64,000 bases of DNA from Leucoraja ocellata. Lineage: Eukaryota. The notes below the pieces were generated by a model, which searched no databases, had not been told where the DNA came from, and saw only the letters and a program-made list of their open reading frames with translations. A program made the translations under genes and the position numbers. Location of the stretch: NCBI GenBank assembly GCA_036785375.1, contig JAWMAR010000253.1, forward strand, positions 2,418,001-2,482,000, given 5' to 3'. This document shows positions 49,479 to 63,172 of this stretch, piece by piece. The stretch's first letter is position 1. Each line of letters opens with the position of its first letter.

Positions 49479-52254
49479 GTACTCGACTATTCTTCTTCTT
49501 AAACCATGCAGTCTAATCCCAGGTTATGGCCCTTCACAACAAGCCGGCTCATGTAGGCGCCTACAAGTTCCTTCGTGTGTGCTGTGTTTTTCATGTTATT
49601 CTGTGACCTCAAAATGGTGCTTTGCAAAGTTTGTGCTTCTTCTTCCAGTTCCTTAGGCGATCTTCAGTGTGATGCACAAAGAACCCCAGGTATGTGCATA
49701 CCTATGGCGTCCAACGTACACCATTCCTGGCATGTTGACTCACTTTAGAATGGTTTGCAGTCTTTGAGATCTCCTTCAGAATTCAGCTTCACCAGTCTAT
49801 CTTCAGCTGCATTTCAAGAGGCTTTCACAGTACCTGTCCGTCTTTCTTCTGATTGACTTCAACTATACCTTCCTGTATAGGTTCAAACGCAGTTGGATCC
49901 CTTTTCAGGTGCCGACATTCAGCCCCTTCTTCAGACCTTGCAACTCACCCCCTTTATTCTCCAGGTACCAACCCTGAACACTGAACAAGTTCTCTACCCC
50001 CCACCTTACTTGAGTTACCCATCGATCTCCCGACCCAACACCCTCTCTCCCACTGAGTGATCCCAAACCCCTGCTCCACACATATCAACAGCAGCCTAAA
50101 TGTGTAGGAAGGAACTGCAGATGCTGGTTTATACTAAAGATAGTCACAAAGTGCTGGACAACCCAGCGGGAAAATCTACATCCCACGTGTTGGATAGGAC
50201 ATGAGGAAAGATTGTTCCATTACACACCACCCAATGCAAGCCCAGGTAAGCTGATGCCGATAGACATAAAATGCTGAGGCAACTCAGCGGGTCAGGCAGC
50301 ATCTCTGGAGAAAACAGATGGGTGACATTTTGGGTCAGGACCCTAATTCGAAATGTCATCTATTCTTTTTCTCCAGAGATGCTCTCTTGTGTAGGAAGGA
50401 ACTGCAGCTGCTGGTTTAAACCAAAGAGAGGCACAAAATGCTGGAGTAACTCAGCGGGACAGGCAGCATCTCTGGAGAGAAGGAATGGGTTGAGGTCTTT
50501 CTTCAGACTGGGTTCCTTTTGTCTAGAGATGCTGCCTGTCCCGCTGAGTTTCTCCAGCATTTTCTGCCTATTGTCTCATGGTAGCATGGGTGAAATTGTA
50601 TAAAGACTCAACGCGTAGTCTGTGAAACCATTCTTTTCCATGCTCAGAGTAACTCTTTCATGTTTTATCTCCTGCTCTTTCTGCAATAGTTGACACTAAC
50701 AGAATGTAACTTTCACAACTGATCAAATCTGCTCTCCTCTCTGTTGTTCTTGCTGTCTAAGCTGAAAGGAATGACGCTTGATCTAGTTTCTCTGCTACAA
50801 CGCTGCTGTAACTCTCCCTCTGCATCCAGCACAGATAATTCAATGGTGTGTAGGAAGGAACTGATAATTCCCGACTTTGGGCAGTTTTGTACCCGTCACC
50901 AGCCGCGCTTTCTTCGAACTGTGGAATCTGAGGACTTAGATTGCGACTGAGGATGATGAACAAATCCTTTGGAGCGAAGATTCTGGAGTTTCAAACCAAA
51001 TGGCATAAATGCCAATTCACTAGATTGGGTTGGCATGTTGCCCAGAGATGACTCTGGTGCAAAGAGTAATCCAACTTTTGTTTTCCCTTGACTAACAGAA
51101 CTTCGCCATGCTTAGCTTATTTCTGATGATGTGAGGTGCAGAGGCCTGGGAACCATTACCTCCAGTTTCAAGGACAGCTTCTTCTCATCAACCATCAGGT
51201 TCTTGAACCACCTTGCATGACCCGACCTCTGCACCCGACACCAGGAATTTGCACTACTATGGACCCTCGACATACTTTATTTTTTTACTAAAGTTAGACG
51301 CAAAAAGCTGGAGTAATTAAGTGGTCAGACAGCATCTTTAGAGAAAAGGAATAGATGACATTTTGAATCGAGACCCTTCTTCAGACATGTGTTTCAGACA
51401 GGCTTTTACTAGTTTACTTAAAGTAAATAATATTTTTTTATATACGGGTATTTATTTGTGTTGTTACATCTAATGTGTTTGTCAAGCTGCAGCTTAAGAA
51501 TTTTGTTGCTTCTGATTCATATGACAAATAAACACTCTTGAGAGAAAATGATTCTCTGTCTGTCCAATATCCAATGTGCAACTTTGATTGTAATGACATA
51601 AACTGGATACCTCTCCCCTGGTGGTCTGTGGATGGACCGAGGTGACAATACCAATGGGTGGGGCAATGATTGCCTGAGGATATGGTGAACCTTGGCAGGG
51701 ATGCCCATTGTGGCTGTCTCGTCATTAGGAGTAGAGTAGAATTAGGCCATTCGGGCCATCGAGACTACTCCGCCATTCAATCGGGGCTGATCTGTGCCTC
51801 CTAATCCCATTTTTCTGCCTTCTCACCATAACCCTTGAAACCCATTCTAATCAAAAATGTGTCTATATCTGCCTTAAAAATATCCACTGACTTGGCCTCC
51901 ACAACCCTCTGTGGCAATGAGTTCAACAGATTCACCACCCTCTGACTAAAGAAGTTCCCCCTCACCTCCTTTAATTCTGAGGCTATGACCGCAGGTCCAA
52001 GACTCACCCACCAGTGGAAACATCCTTTCTGCATCCACTCTATCTATGCCATTTTGAACAAAGAAGGCATGCCTGGTGGAAGAATTGAGCACAAAGGGGA
52101 AGAGTGTATGGGGAAAATATTTAGTAAAAAGGAAAAGGAGCATGGTTCCAATAGCAATTGTTTTTATTTAAAGCTCCTAACACAGAAAGGAGAAGTGAAC
52201 CACCACTGTATGCTGTGATCGTGAGAGCAAACCAGGCCAGGGACCAGGTTGGTA

Positions 52255-52470
52255 CAAGCTGCAAAGACCGCTTCGCTGAACAAAGCTTGCTGGTTCTCCC
52301 GTCTGCTAACCATTTCAACTCCCCTACCTACCCATCCTCAGACTGACCTTTCTGTCCTGGACCTCCTCTATTGCCAGATTGAGGCCAAACACAAACTGGA
52401 GTAACAGCACCTCATATTCCACTTGGGTAGCTTACAACCCAACGCATGAACATTGAAATTTCTTAATTTA
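52255..52470 (+). mobile_element. Penelope-like element GIY-YIG endonuclease C-terminal remnant
   Basis: DRFAE...ANHFNSP...DLSVL.LL.CQ.EAK.KLE.QHLIF.LGSLQP..MNIE, with stops and frameshifts. Confidence 0.75.
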
Positions 52471-52784
52471 AAATAACATCCTGGTTTCTCCCTCCTTTCT
52501 CTTTCTTCCTCCCACCCCAGTTCGCACCAATTTCTCCCATTATCTGGCCTTTTCTTCCCCCCCCCCCCCCATCCTGGTTTCTCTCCTTTTGATCTCTAGC
52601 CTTTGTCCACCTAGTGTTTATTGGCCATCCCCAAGTCTTGAGATGTTGGTGGCGAGATTCCTTTAACTGCTAGAATCTTTCGGAAGGTGGCCCCTTTGTG
52701 CTGTTGAGGAAGTAAGTGCAGGATTTAGAACCAGTAAAGGTGGAAGAGGAGGGGACAGGTTTCCAGTTCAGCATGATGAGCATA

Positions 52785-54022
52785 ACCATATAATATAACC
52801 ATATAACAATTACAGCACGGAAACAGGCCATCTCGACCCTTCTAGTCCGTTCCGAACACATAATCTCCCCTAGTCCCATAAACCTGCGCTCAGACCATAA
52901 CCCTCCATTCCATTCCCATCCATATAACTATCCAATTTATTTTTAAATGATAAAAACAAACCTGCCTCCACCACCTTCACTGGAAGCTCATTCCACACAG
53001 CTACCACTCTGAGTAAAGAAGTTCCCCCTCATGTTACCCCTAAACTTCAGTCCCTTAATTCTCAAGTCATGTCCCCTTGTTTGAATCTTCCCTACTCTCA
53101 GTGGGAAAAGCTTTTCCACGTCAACTCTGTCTATCCCTCTCATCATTTTAAAAACCTCTATCAAGTCCCCCCTTAACCTTCTGCGCTCCAAAGAATAAAG
53201 CCCTAACTTGTTCAACCTTTCTATGTAACTTAGTTGCTGAAACCCAGGCAACATTCTAGTAAATCTCCTCTGTACTCTCTCTATTTTGTTGACATCCTTC
53301 CTATAATTAGGCGACCAAAATTGTACACCATACTCCAGAATTGGCCTCACCAATGCCTTGTACAATTTTAACATTACATCCCAATTTCTATACTCAATGC
53401 TCTGATTTATAAAGGCCAGCACACCAAAAGCTTTCTTTACCACCCTATCTACATGAGATTCCACTTTCAGGGAACTGTGCACAGTTATTCCCAGATCCCT
53501 CTGTTCACCTACATTCTTCAATTCCCTACCATTTACCATGTCCAGTACCGCCCCTTCTCTAGTAGGTACTTCTATGTATTGTTGCAAAAAACTATCCTGC
53601 ACACATTTTACAAACTCCAACCCATCCAGCCCATTTACAGGATGTGTTTCCCAGTCTATGTGTGGAAAATTGAAATCTCCCACAATCACTACCTTGTGCT
53701 TACTACTAATATCTGCAATCTCCTTACATATTTGCTCTTCCAATTCTCGCTCCCCATTTGGCGGTCTATAATACACCCCTATAAGTGTTGCTACCCCTTT
53801 CCCATTTCTCAGTTCCACCCAAATAGCCTCCCTAGACGAGCCCTCTAATCTATCCTGCCAAAGCACTGCTGTAATATCTTCCCTGATAAGCAATGCAACA
53901 CCTCCACCTCTTGCCGCTCCAATTCTATCACACCTGAAGCAACAAAATCCTGGAATATTTAGTTTCCAATCACAGCCCTCCTGCAACCATGTTTCACTGA
54001 TCGCCACAACATCATACTTCCA
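52785..54022 (-). mobile_element. CR1 LINE (second subfamily) with in-frame deletion of the RT domain
   Basis: 346-aa ORF joins the endonuclease (..PTREGAVLD) to the C-terminus (MVNGRELKNV..); (ATGGTTAT)n tail; GAGCAT flanking duplication. Confidence 0.9.
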
Positions 54023-54940
54023 GAGCATCTTGGGAGGGAGCCTATAGATGACTCCACTTTGACTGCCATCCTAGTCCTGCTAGTCCATCGATGGCACTGC
54101 ACAGAGAGATGCTTGGTGCAGCTGGCAGCAACAAACATGCATGTAGAAATAAGGTGTTGACAAGTTCCATGTAGAGCCATGCTTGGAAAACGCAAGATGC
54201 AGTCAAATTGTAATCTGAGCTTGGGATCCATACATTGAAGCTGTGTATATAAAGTTGAAGGCACCAGGCATCGTCACTGAAATGTAATTCTAAATTGCAA
54301 AGCTGGCAACTCTGTTGTTTTATTTATCTTTTCTTACACTGAGAACTGATGTGTACATTTTACAAAGTACGTCTTCCTGATGTCTCTGCATGATTCTATT
54401 GGCCGCATTAATATTGGATTACTGTTGCCTTTCTGAGTTTAAACCACCCCAATGTTTTGTTCGTACATCTGAAAGAAATGGTGGCATTGATTTAATGCTG
54501 CCTTGCTGATGACTTCAATTTGTTTCTATAATTTCACCAGCATTTACTGGTTCGCCAACACTGTCTCAGTAAGGGTTGGCGTTGCAATTATGTCAATTGT
54601 CCACTTTTTCAAAATCATAGTGGGATGATGCTATCTATTTACGTTTCTTCTTTTAAAAGCAATGCATTGCACAAGCCACGCTTCCTAATGTTGCCACGGG
54701 TTCCCTGACCAAGAACAGTCTTTGTTGAAAGCCAGCAAAAGAGTGACATGGGTAGCACAGCGGTAGAGTTGTTGCCTTACAGCACCAGAGATCCCGGTTC
54801 GATGCTGACAATGGGTGCTGTCTGCATAAAGTTGACATATTCTCCCTGTGACTGAGTGGGTATTTTCCAGGTTCACACCTAGTTCTCCCATTATCCGGCC
54901 TCTTCTTCCCCGCCAATCCTGGTTTCTCCCCTTTTGATCT

Positions 54941-56160
54941 ATATATATATATAACCATATAACCATTACAGCACGGAAACAGGCAATCTCGGCCCTTCTA
55001 GTCCGTGCCGAACACGTATTCTTCCCTAGTCCCATCTCCCTGCACTCAGACCATAACCCTCCATTCCTTTCCCGTCCATATAACTATCCAATTTAATTTT
55101 TAAATGATAAAATCGAACCTGGCACCACCATCACTGAAAGCTCATTCCACACAGCTACCACTCTCTGAGTAAAGAAGTTCCCCCTCATGTTACCCCTAAA
55201 CTTCTGTCCCTTAATTCTCAAGTCATGTTCTCTTGTTTGAATCTTCCCTACTCTCAGTGGGAAAAGCTTATCCACGTCAACTCTGTCTATCCCTCTCATC
55301 ATTTTAAAAACCTCTATCAAGTCCCCCCTTAACCTTCTGCGCTCCAAAGAATAAAGCCCTAACTTGTTCAACCTTTCTCTGTAACTTAGTTGCTGAAACC
55401 CAGGCAACATTCTAGTAAATCTCCTCTGTACTCCAAATCTCCTCTGTATCTCTAGCCTTTGTCCGCTCAGTGTTTATTGGCCATCCCCGAGTGTTCTTGA
55501 GATGTTGGTGGTGAGCTTCCTTTAACTGCTAGAATCATAGGTGGCCCCTTTGTGCTGTTGAGGAAGTAAGTGCAGGATTTAGACCCAGTAACGGTGGAAG
55601 AGGAGTGACATGTTTCCAGTTCAGCGTGATGAGCATCTTGGGAGGGAGCCTATAAATGACTCGCCTTTAACTCCCATCCTAGACCTGCTAGTCCATCGAT
55701 GGCACTGGACAGAGAGATGCTTGGTGCAGCTGTCTCCTTGGCTTGTACTTAGAATTTAGAAGATTGAGGGGGGAATCTTATAGAAACTTACAAAATTCTT
55801 AAGGGGTTGGACAGCTGAGATGCAGGAAGATCGTTCCCGATTTTGAGGAAGTCCAGAACAAGGGGTCACAGTTTAAGGATACAGGGGAATTTTTTTAGGA
55901 CTGAGATGTGAAAAACATTTTTCACACAGAGAATGGTGAATCTCTGGAATTCTCTGCCACAGAAGGTAGTTGAGGCCAGTTCATTGGCTACATTTAAGAG
56001 GGAGTTAGATGTGGCCCTTCTGGCTATAGGGATCAGGGGGTATGGAGAGAAGGCAGGTACAGGATACTGAGTTGGATGATCAGCCATGATCATATTGAAT
56101 GGTGGTGCAGGCTCGAAGGCCGAATGGCCTACTCCTGCACCTATTTTCTATGTTTCTATG
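54941..56160. mobile_element. CR1 3' fragments (- strand 54941-55447; + strand 55735-56160)
   Basis: C-terminal ORF2 motifs and tails. Confidence 0.88.
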
Positions 56161-57539
56161 GTAGTTGCTGTCTATAACTGTCAATAAACCTGAGAAAGCA
56201 GCCCTCCCACAGCTAGTCCTCCAGCACAAAGCTTCAGTCATTATAGCGAACTCTGTATTACCGTAAAGTACTCTCCCTGCAGAGTTGAATCTATACAATT
56301 CCACAAGACAGAGATGACCATAACATTCAGAAGCCTGCAGCACTTGCTCTGCATGTCTTGTGGTACAAAGGCCACTAAAGCCATGATCATATTGAATGGC
56401 GGTGCAGGCTCGAAGGGCCGAATGGCCTACTCCTGCATCTATTTTCTATGTTTCTATACATGAGAAAATTCCTTCAATGTTACTTCAGAACACATCATCT
56501 CTTTCACCAGGCATTTCAGAATTTATAACCGCACAAAACTCTATCTCCCAGTGCCAAGATCTCTCTTGATGTCTGTAAACTGCCTTGTACTCCAAAACTA
56601 TCCTCTGCACTATTCCCTGCACCATGCATTACAAGCCCGAGTCACATAAACACCAGATCTAAACACACGGTCCATTGACAATCTTTCCTTTCATGCCACA
56701 GAGACATTTACGTGAACTGGATGCCAGTGGAGGAGAGCAAAATGGAAACGCACAGCTTACCACGATATACGATGAGATAAAATTCAACCCCAATCTGGAC
56801 ACTGCAGGGGCAAGACCGAATGAGGGAAAGGCGCTCTCTGCCCACCGTTTATCATCTGATACATGAAATTTAACCCCCAGCTTGAATTACGCCTTGAATT
56901 GCACGTCTGCGTTTTGCGTTGAAACTGCTTTCTGCAATACTAATAGCCGACCCGAATGGCTTGTTTGTTGGGGGCAGAGACCTGGAACTTGTTTACAACT
57001 AGATCATTGTTTGAAAGGCCAAGGCAAATGGGAGAAATTCAAGTAGGAAATGTTGGGAATACACAGCAAGACCATAATTTCTAAGGAGGGAACTCGGTGA
57101 AATAGAGACATGGAGGTGATGCCGTGGTTTCCGTCGTGGACTTTAACATCAAAGGAGCCTGCGGTCCACTGCTGAGGATCGCCTGTGAAGGAGCTCCAAC
57201 CACGAGGCCTGTGGACCTTAACACCATGAAGCCTGCGGTCTCCAGTAAGCAGAGGCCGACACGGGAGCAGCACGCCGTGGAGTGTTCCAATCCGTGCCGA
57301 CCCCGGAGTTTCGATCATCCCGACGCGAGGGGTTCGGACATCAGACCGTCGGCAGTGGCGAGTGCGGAGGGTTCAACCCCGACCACGGGTGAAGAAAGGA
57401 GGAAGATGATTGAACTTTATTACCTTCCATCACAGTGAGGAATGTGGATTATGTTGTGGTGGATGATTATGTTCAATTTTATTTTATGTCACTGTGTGTA
57501 TTGTTGCTTTTCACTTGGTATGGCTGTATTGGAAGAGGG

Positions 57540-58505
57540 AATTAGTATTTGGAAGAAGGAATTAGGAGCAACACTAGCAAGTTTGCGGCTGACACAAAGC
57601 TGGTTGGCAGTGCGAACTGTGAATTGGATGTTAGGAGTTTGCAGGGTGACCTGGACAGGTTGAGTGAGTGGGCAGATGCGTGGCAGATGCAGTATAATAT
57701 AGATAAATGTGAGGTTATCCACTTTGGCGGCAAAAACAAGGGGGCAGATTATTATCTCAATGGGGTTAGGTTAGGTAATGGGGAGGTGCAGCGGGACCTG
57801 GGCGTCCTTGTACACCGGTCACTGAAAGTTGGCGTGCAGGTACAGCAGGCAGTGAAGAAAGCTAATGGAATGTTGGCCTTCATAACAAGAAGATTCCAGT
57901 ATAGGAGTAAAGAGGTTCTTCTGCAGTTGTATAGGGCTCTGGTGAGACCACATCTAGAGTATTATGTCCAGTTTTGGTCTCCTAATTTGAGGAAGGACAT
58001 CCTTGTGATTGAGGCAGTGCAGCGTAGGTTCACGAGATTGATCCCTGGGATTGAGGGACTGTCATATGAGGAAAGATTGAAAAGACTAGGCTTGTATTCA
58101 CTGGAGTTTAGAAGGATGAGCGGGAATCTTATAGAAACATATAAAATTATAAAAGAACTGGACAAGCTAGATGCAGGAAAAATGTTCCCAATGTTGGGCG
58201 AGTCCAGAACCAGGGGCCACAGTCTTAGAATAAAGGGGAGGTCATTTAAGGCTGAGGTGAGAAAAAACTATTTCACCCAGAGAGTTGTGAATTTATGGAA
58301 TTCCCTTCCACAGAGGGCAGTGGAGGCCAAGTCACTGGATGGATTTAAGAGAAAGTTAGATAGAGCTCTAGGGGCTAGTGGAGTCAAGGGATATGGGGAG
58401 AAGGCAGGCACGGGTTATTGATAGGGGACCATCAGCCATGATTCATATTGAATGGCGGTGTTGGCTCGAAGGGCCGAATGGCCTCCTCCTGCACCTATTT
58501 TCTCT
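57540..58505 (+). mobile_element. CR1 3' portion
   Basis: 290-aa ORF KFAADTK...RPHLEY...RTRGHSL. Confidence 0.92.
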
Positions 58506-60659
58506 GTAGGGTAACTCAAATATCACTCACCTTAATTAGTGCATGTGACAATAAATGGGAACTTGAACTTGAATTCAAACTCAGTGGGCTGAAGGAATGG
58601 TTTCCATGCTGTATCTCCAAACTAAGGAGAGTAGGGGTAAAGGTAAAATCAGATGGGCCATGATCTTACTGAACACCGAGCAAGCAACAGCACCGTGAAG
58701 CAAACCACTGCTACAGATAAGTCTTGTGGTTTTGTTGATTAAAAGCTGTCAACTGCTGTGCATTTCCACCATTTCCTGTTTGTTTCAGCTATTGTGCCTA
58801 TGTGCATGGTTAGATTTTATTAAATTGTGAAGTAAACTTTTTTTTAAACAAAGCTATTTATCTGTGCGGCTATTTTTTTGCCAACCCAAATGTGTTCTCA
58901 TTCAACAAAGCATTTTAGTTCAGTGTGGCTTTCAATAAAATGTGCCTCAGTCGATTGTACAAAGAGCACCCAGAAACAACACTGTTCTGGGAATTCTTCA
59001 CGGTATACTGCTCTGGAGTGATGGAATACCAGTGGAACAACTACTGTTTGGACAAAATGCTGGAGTAACTCAACAGGACATGCAGCATCACTGGAGAGAA
59101 GGAATCCGTGATGTTTCGGGTCGACATCCTTCTTCAGACTGTTTGGTCAAATTTAGTGTTTGGTCAAATTTTGTCTGCGACTTAGAGCCAAAGCCAAAGT
59201 AGCAAATTTGAGCCTTCAGATTTGGAGAAGGAGGCTCTTCCAGCACCAAATTGTCTTCAGAGCAACTCTACACAATGCACAGGAAACTATATCATCATAC
59301 ATATTCCCAAAATCAAATTGGGTCTGTGAGGCTAAGTACAACCTCATCAAATGTCAGAATTGGCATGATTTAATATCAAAATACAGCAACTGTATATATA
59401 ACAATACAATTACAAAAATATATATATTTAAAAAAAATCATGGAACATTGAAAAAAGTTTTAGGCATCTGCATTGTTAGCCATGGATTAAAGAAATGTTA
59501 TCAGGCAACCGAACTATCCTCCCAACAGGCGATCCTGAGCTACCATCTACTTCATTGAAGAGCCATGAACTATCTTTAATCAGATTTATGTTGCACTAAA
59601 CGTTATCCCCTTTATATCATGTATCTGTATACTGTGGATGGCTTGATTATTTTAATGTGGTCTATTCGCTGGCTGGTTGGCACGCAAAATAGCTTTTCAT
59701 TGTACACGTGACAATAAACTCAACTCAAATGCAGAAAGAAGTGGCAACCATGCATCACAATGCCTCTCACCGATCTTCTTCTGTCTTCTGCTCTTGTGTA
59801 AAGAAAGGTCAAGGTAGATAGGGTCCCCTCACACAGGCCGAGAGTGGAATTTATTGAGTGAAATAAAGCAAATACATTGTGAATCCTATCGCGGAGGTAA
59901 GCATGCTAGTAATACCAACGGACCACGTCAAGTGAGAAAGGAGGATATTGTGTTCATAAAATCATATACGGAAGGAGTGTTCATTAGTCATAGGAGCATA
60001 ATTAGGCCATTCGGTCCATCGGGACTACTCTGCCATCCAATCGTGGCTGATCTATCTTTCCCTCTCAACCCCATTCTCCTGCCTTCTCTACCATAACCCG
60101 ACACCCATACTAATCAACCTATCAATCTCCAACTTAAACACATCCATTGACGTGGCCTCCATGTCTTCTGCAGCAATGAATTACAGATTCATCATCCTCT
60201 GACTAAAGTAATTCTTTCTCATCTCTTCCTGTAGGTCCGTCCTTTTAGATGTGCCTGACCACCAATAAATTCTAAGAATCTGATCCACAAAGTTTTGAAA
60301 TAGGTGACCTATAAATAGCAGATGCTCCACTTACCGCTCTTCTAAATTCTATAGATTGAGATTTTCTGCAAATTGAATCCTGCTGATTATGAATCCATTA
60401 TTTAAGAAAGGAGAGAGAAACTGACCACCTTGGTGTTAATAGCTGAAAAATTGCAAGGATTTAGATTCAGATTCAACTTTAATTGTCATTGTCAGTGTAC
60501 AGTACAGAGACAATGAAATGCAGTGGAGACAACGAAATGCAGTTTATAATGATATATCAGGACATCATGGAATATGCTTGAGCAGAGTAAACACATTTAC
60601 AAACGGAAAATTACACTCGACTAACCTATTGAGAATGTGACTGGCATTCACATATGTGA

Positions 60660-60990
60660 CTGGGGGACTTGATAGAGGTCTTTAAAATGATGAGAGGGAC
60701 AGACAGAGTTGATGTGGACAAGCTTTTCCCTTTGAGAATAGGGAAGATTCAAACAAGAGGACATGACTTCAGAATTAAGGGACAGAAGTTTAGGGGTAAC
60801 ATGAGGGGGAACTTCTTTACTCAGAGAGTGGTAGTGGTGTGGAATGAGCTTCCAGTGAAAGTGGTGGAGGCAGGTTCATTGGTATCATTTAAAAATAAAT
60901 TGGATAGGCATAAGGATGAGAGGGGAATGGAGGGTTATGGTATGAGGGCAGGCAGGCCTGTTTCCGTGCTGTAATTGTTATATGGTTATA
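60660..60990 (+). mobile_element. CR1 3' fragment (second subfamily)
   Basis: QTRGHDFRIKG...FFTQRVV..WNELP. Confidence 0.88.
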
Positions 60991-63172
60991 ATAGATGATG
61001 GGGAATCAATGAATGTGGCTTATTTGGTTTACAGAAGGCTTTGAACAAGGCCCCGTACAGATAACTGGTCAACAAGTTGAGCACACAAGGAATTGAAGGT
61101 TATATGGACAGACAATCAGTTAATGGATAAAAAGCAGAAAGTGAGAAAAACAAACTGATCTTTCTCGGATTGGCACACTGCAGCGAGTGAGATACCGCAT
61201 AGATCCATAGATTGCAACAAAGATTTGGTAGACTGCTTCAGTATAAGGCAAGGTTGAGCAGAATAGGCCAATGTTATTTAGAATTTAATAGAATGAGGGG
61301 TGATCTCGTTGAAATTTACAAAATTCTTATGTGATCTGCAATGTAGATTCACAGATAAATCTGGAACCGTTTCAGAATCATGGATTGAGATAAGAAAATA
61401 TTTATCATTTATCAACAATCTCATTGAGATAAGAAAATATTTATTTGCTGAGATGTTGGAATTCTTCTGTCAGACGTGCAGTCACTGAATTCAATCAAAA
61501 GGCAGATCAATAGGTACTCATTAAACTGTACAAACAAGGCCCTGACATGTGGTCGAACAGGTAAACGCATCTATTAGAGATAAATCCAGCTTTCTTCTCT
61601 CTCCACGACACCAGGCCCTGAACCGGCTCTGCTGTTGATCTGACTAACCTCAACTCCTACCCCAAATCTTTCCCCAAACCCAATTTACCAAGAATCTATC
61701 TCCGTCTTAAAAATAATCACAAGCTCTTGAAATTGAGGAACAAAGGTTCAGAGGCCTCTGAGAAGGGTGTTAACCCAAAATGTCTCCAGAGATGCTGCCT
61801 GCCCCGCTGAGTTACTGTCCAGCTTTATGTGTCTACTTTTAAAAAAACGCCGGGTCTTTGTCTAAAGTAAATGACCCCTTACTTTGAAAGAATGACCCAT
61901 AGCTCCCGTACAAGAGGAGAAATTCTTTACAAATCCATCTATGAAAAACTCCTCAGGAACATGTCATCCCTGAAACATGGGAAACACAGCAGCGAATTAG
62001 CAGATAGCAAGGTCACAAACACAGTAAAGAGAAAACAGGCAATTTATTTTGAGTGATACTGGTTGAACAATAATTCTCGGTCCGAAAGGAATCCAATGAT
62101 GTTCTTTGAAAAACTGTTATTGCCAATCTTCAACATCCACCTGAATCCATTCATAATCCAGTGTAATAATAGGTGAATACAGGAAATACAGGAAACCCTC
62201 AGTGGGTCAGGCAGCATCTGTGGAAAGGGAAAGAGGTTTCAGGTGAAATTCCTTCTTGAGAAAGTAAGCTTGTTTTAGGTTTCAAAGAGGGCGAGGGAAT
62301 GGGATGAATAGCACAAATGGATGGTACGGTGAGCTCAGGGTTTTTTGTGGGGATAACCTTCAGCTTAAACCACTGGTTGATAGGTTAATGAGAATCTTTG
62401 GAGAGAGCAGGAAAAAACTCCAAAGGGACATGTAATAGCTGCGAAGACCATCAGAGCTGTAAGAAATGTACAGCAGATGAGACACTGCCAATGCAGAGAG
62501 AAAACAAGAGTTAATTTTGCAGATGGGTAATATTATTTCCGTCCAAAAAAAGACACAAAGTGCTGGAGTATCTCAGCCAGTGAGACAGCACTTCTGGAGA
62601 ACATGGTTGGGTGACATTTTCGTTTCTTAGTCTGTCCATCTCCATTTATAATTCAGACAAAATACACTGTTTTAATGCAACTAAATGAGCGGAATTCATT
62701 ACGTCCCTTTCTGGGTATGAAGATTTTGTTCTTATTTGGAGCACTTGATTCTCGTTTCATTTACCACAAAAGTCAATGCATCCATCCACATTGCTACTTT
62801 CACAAAGAAAGTTCATATTTATTTGCAGAAATGGTCTAAAAAGTGAACCAAGAGTTTGCCATTGTGGAAGCGGTGAAACATCAGTCAGAGTCTTATTGTG
62901 CAGTGGAGCAGGAACAAGGGATTGAATAGCCTTTTTCCTGTTTTTTTTTTCTGCTGTTTTTATTTTCAATGACTTCACAGTTGTCTCGGTAAAAAACAAA
63001 ACCAAGGCAGAAATCAAAAGCTGTTAAATTTACATATAATCAAGGTGTGAAGTAAGCTGCAGGCAAGACTAGTCAGGACCAGATTCAGCAAGATGGCAGC
63101 ATCATAAAATATTTGAAGGACAGCTCAATGCCAAGGTATAACAGGAACGCATCAGTAGAGTTGCTGCCTTAA

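Larger units (their letters stand above)
34276..51899. repeat. Right arm of the inverted segmental duplication
   Basis: Mirror of 1-18724. Lacks left-arm 15144-17451 and has its own insertions (Rex1/Babar 40710-42430, Harbinger-like 43393-45768). Confidence 0.93.
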
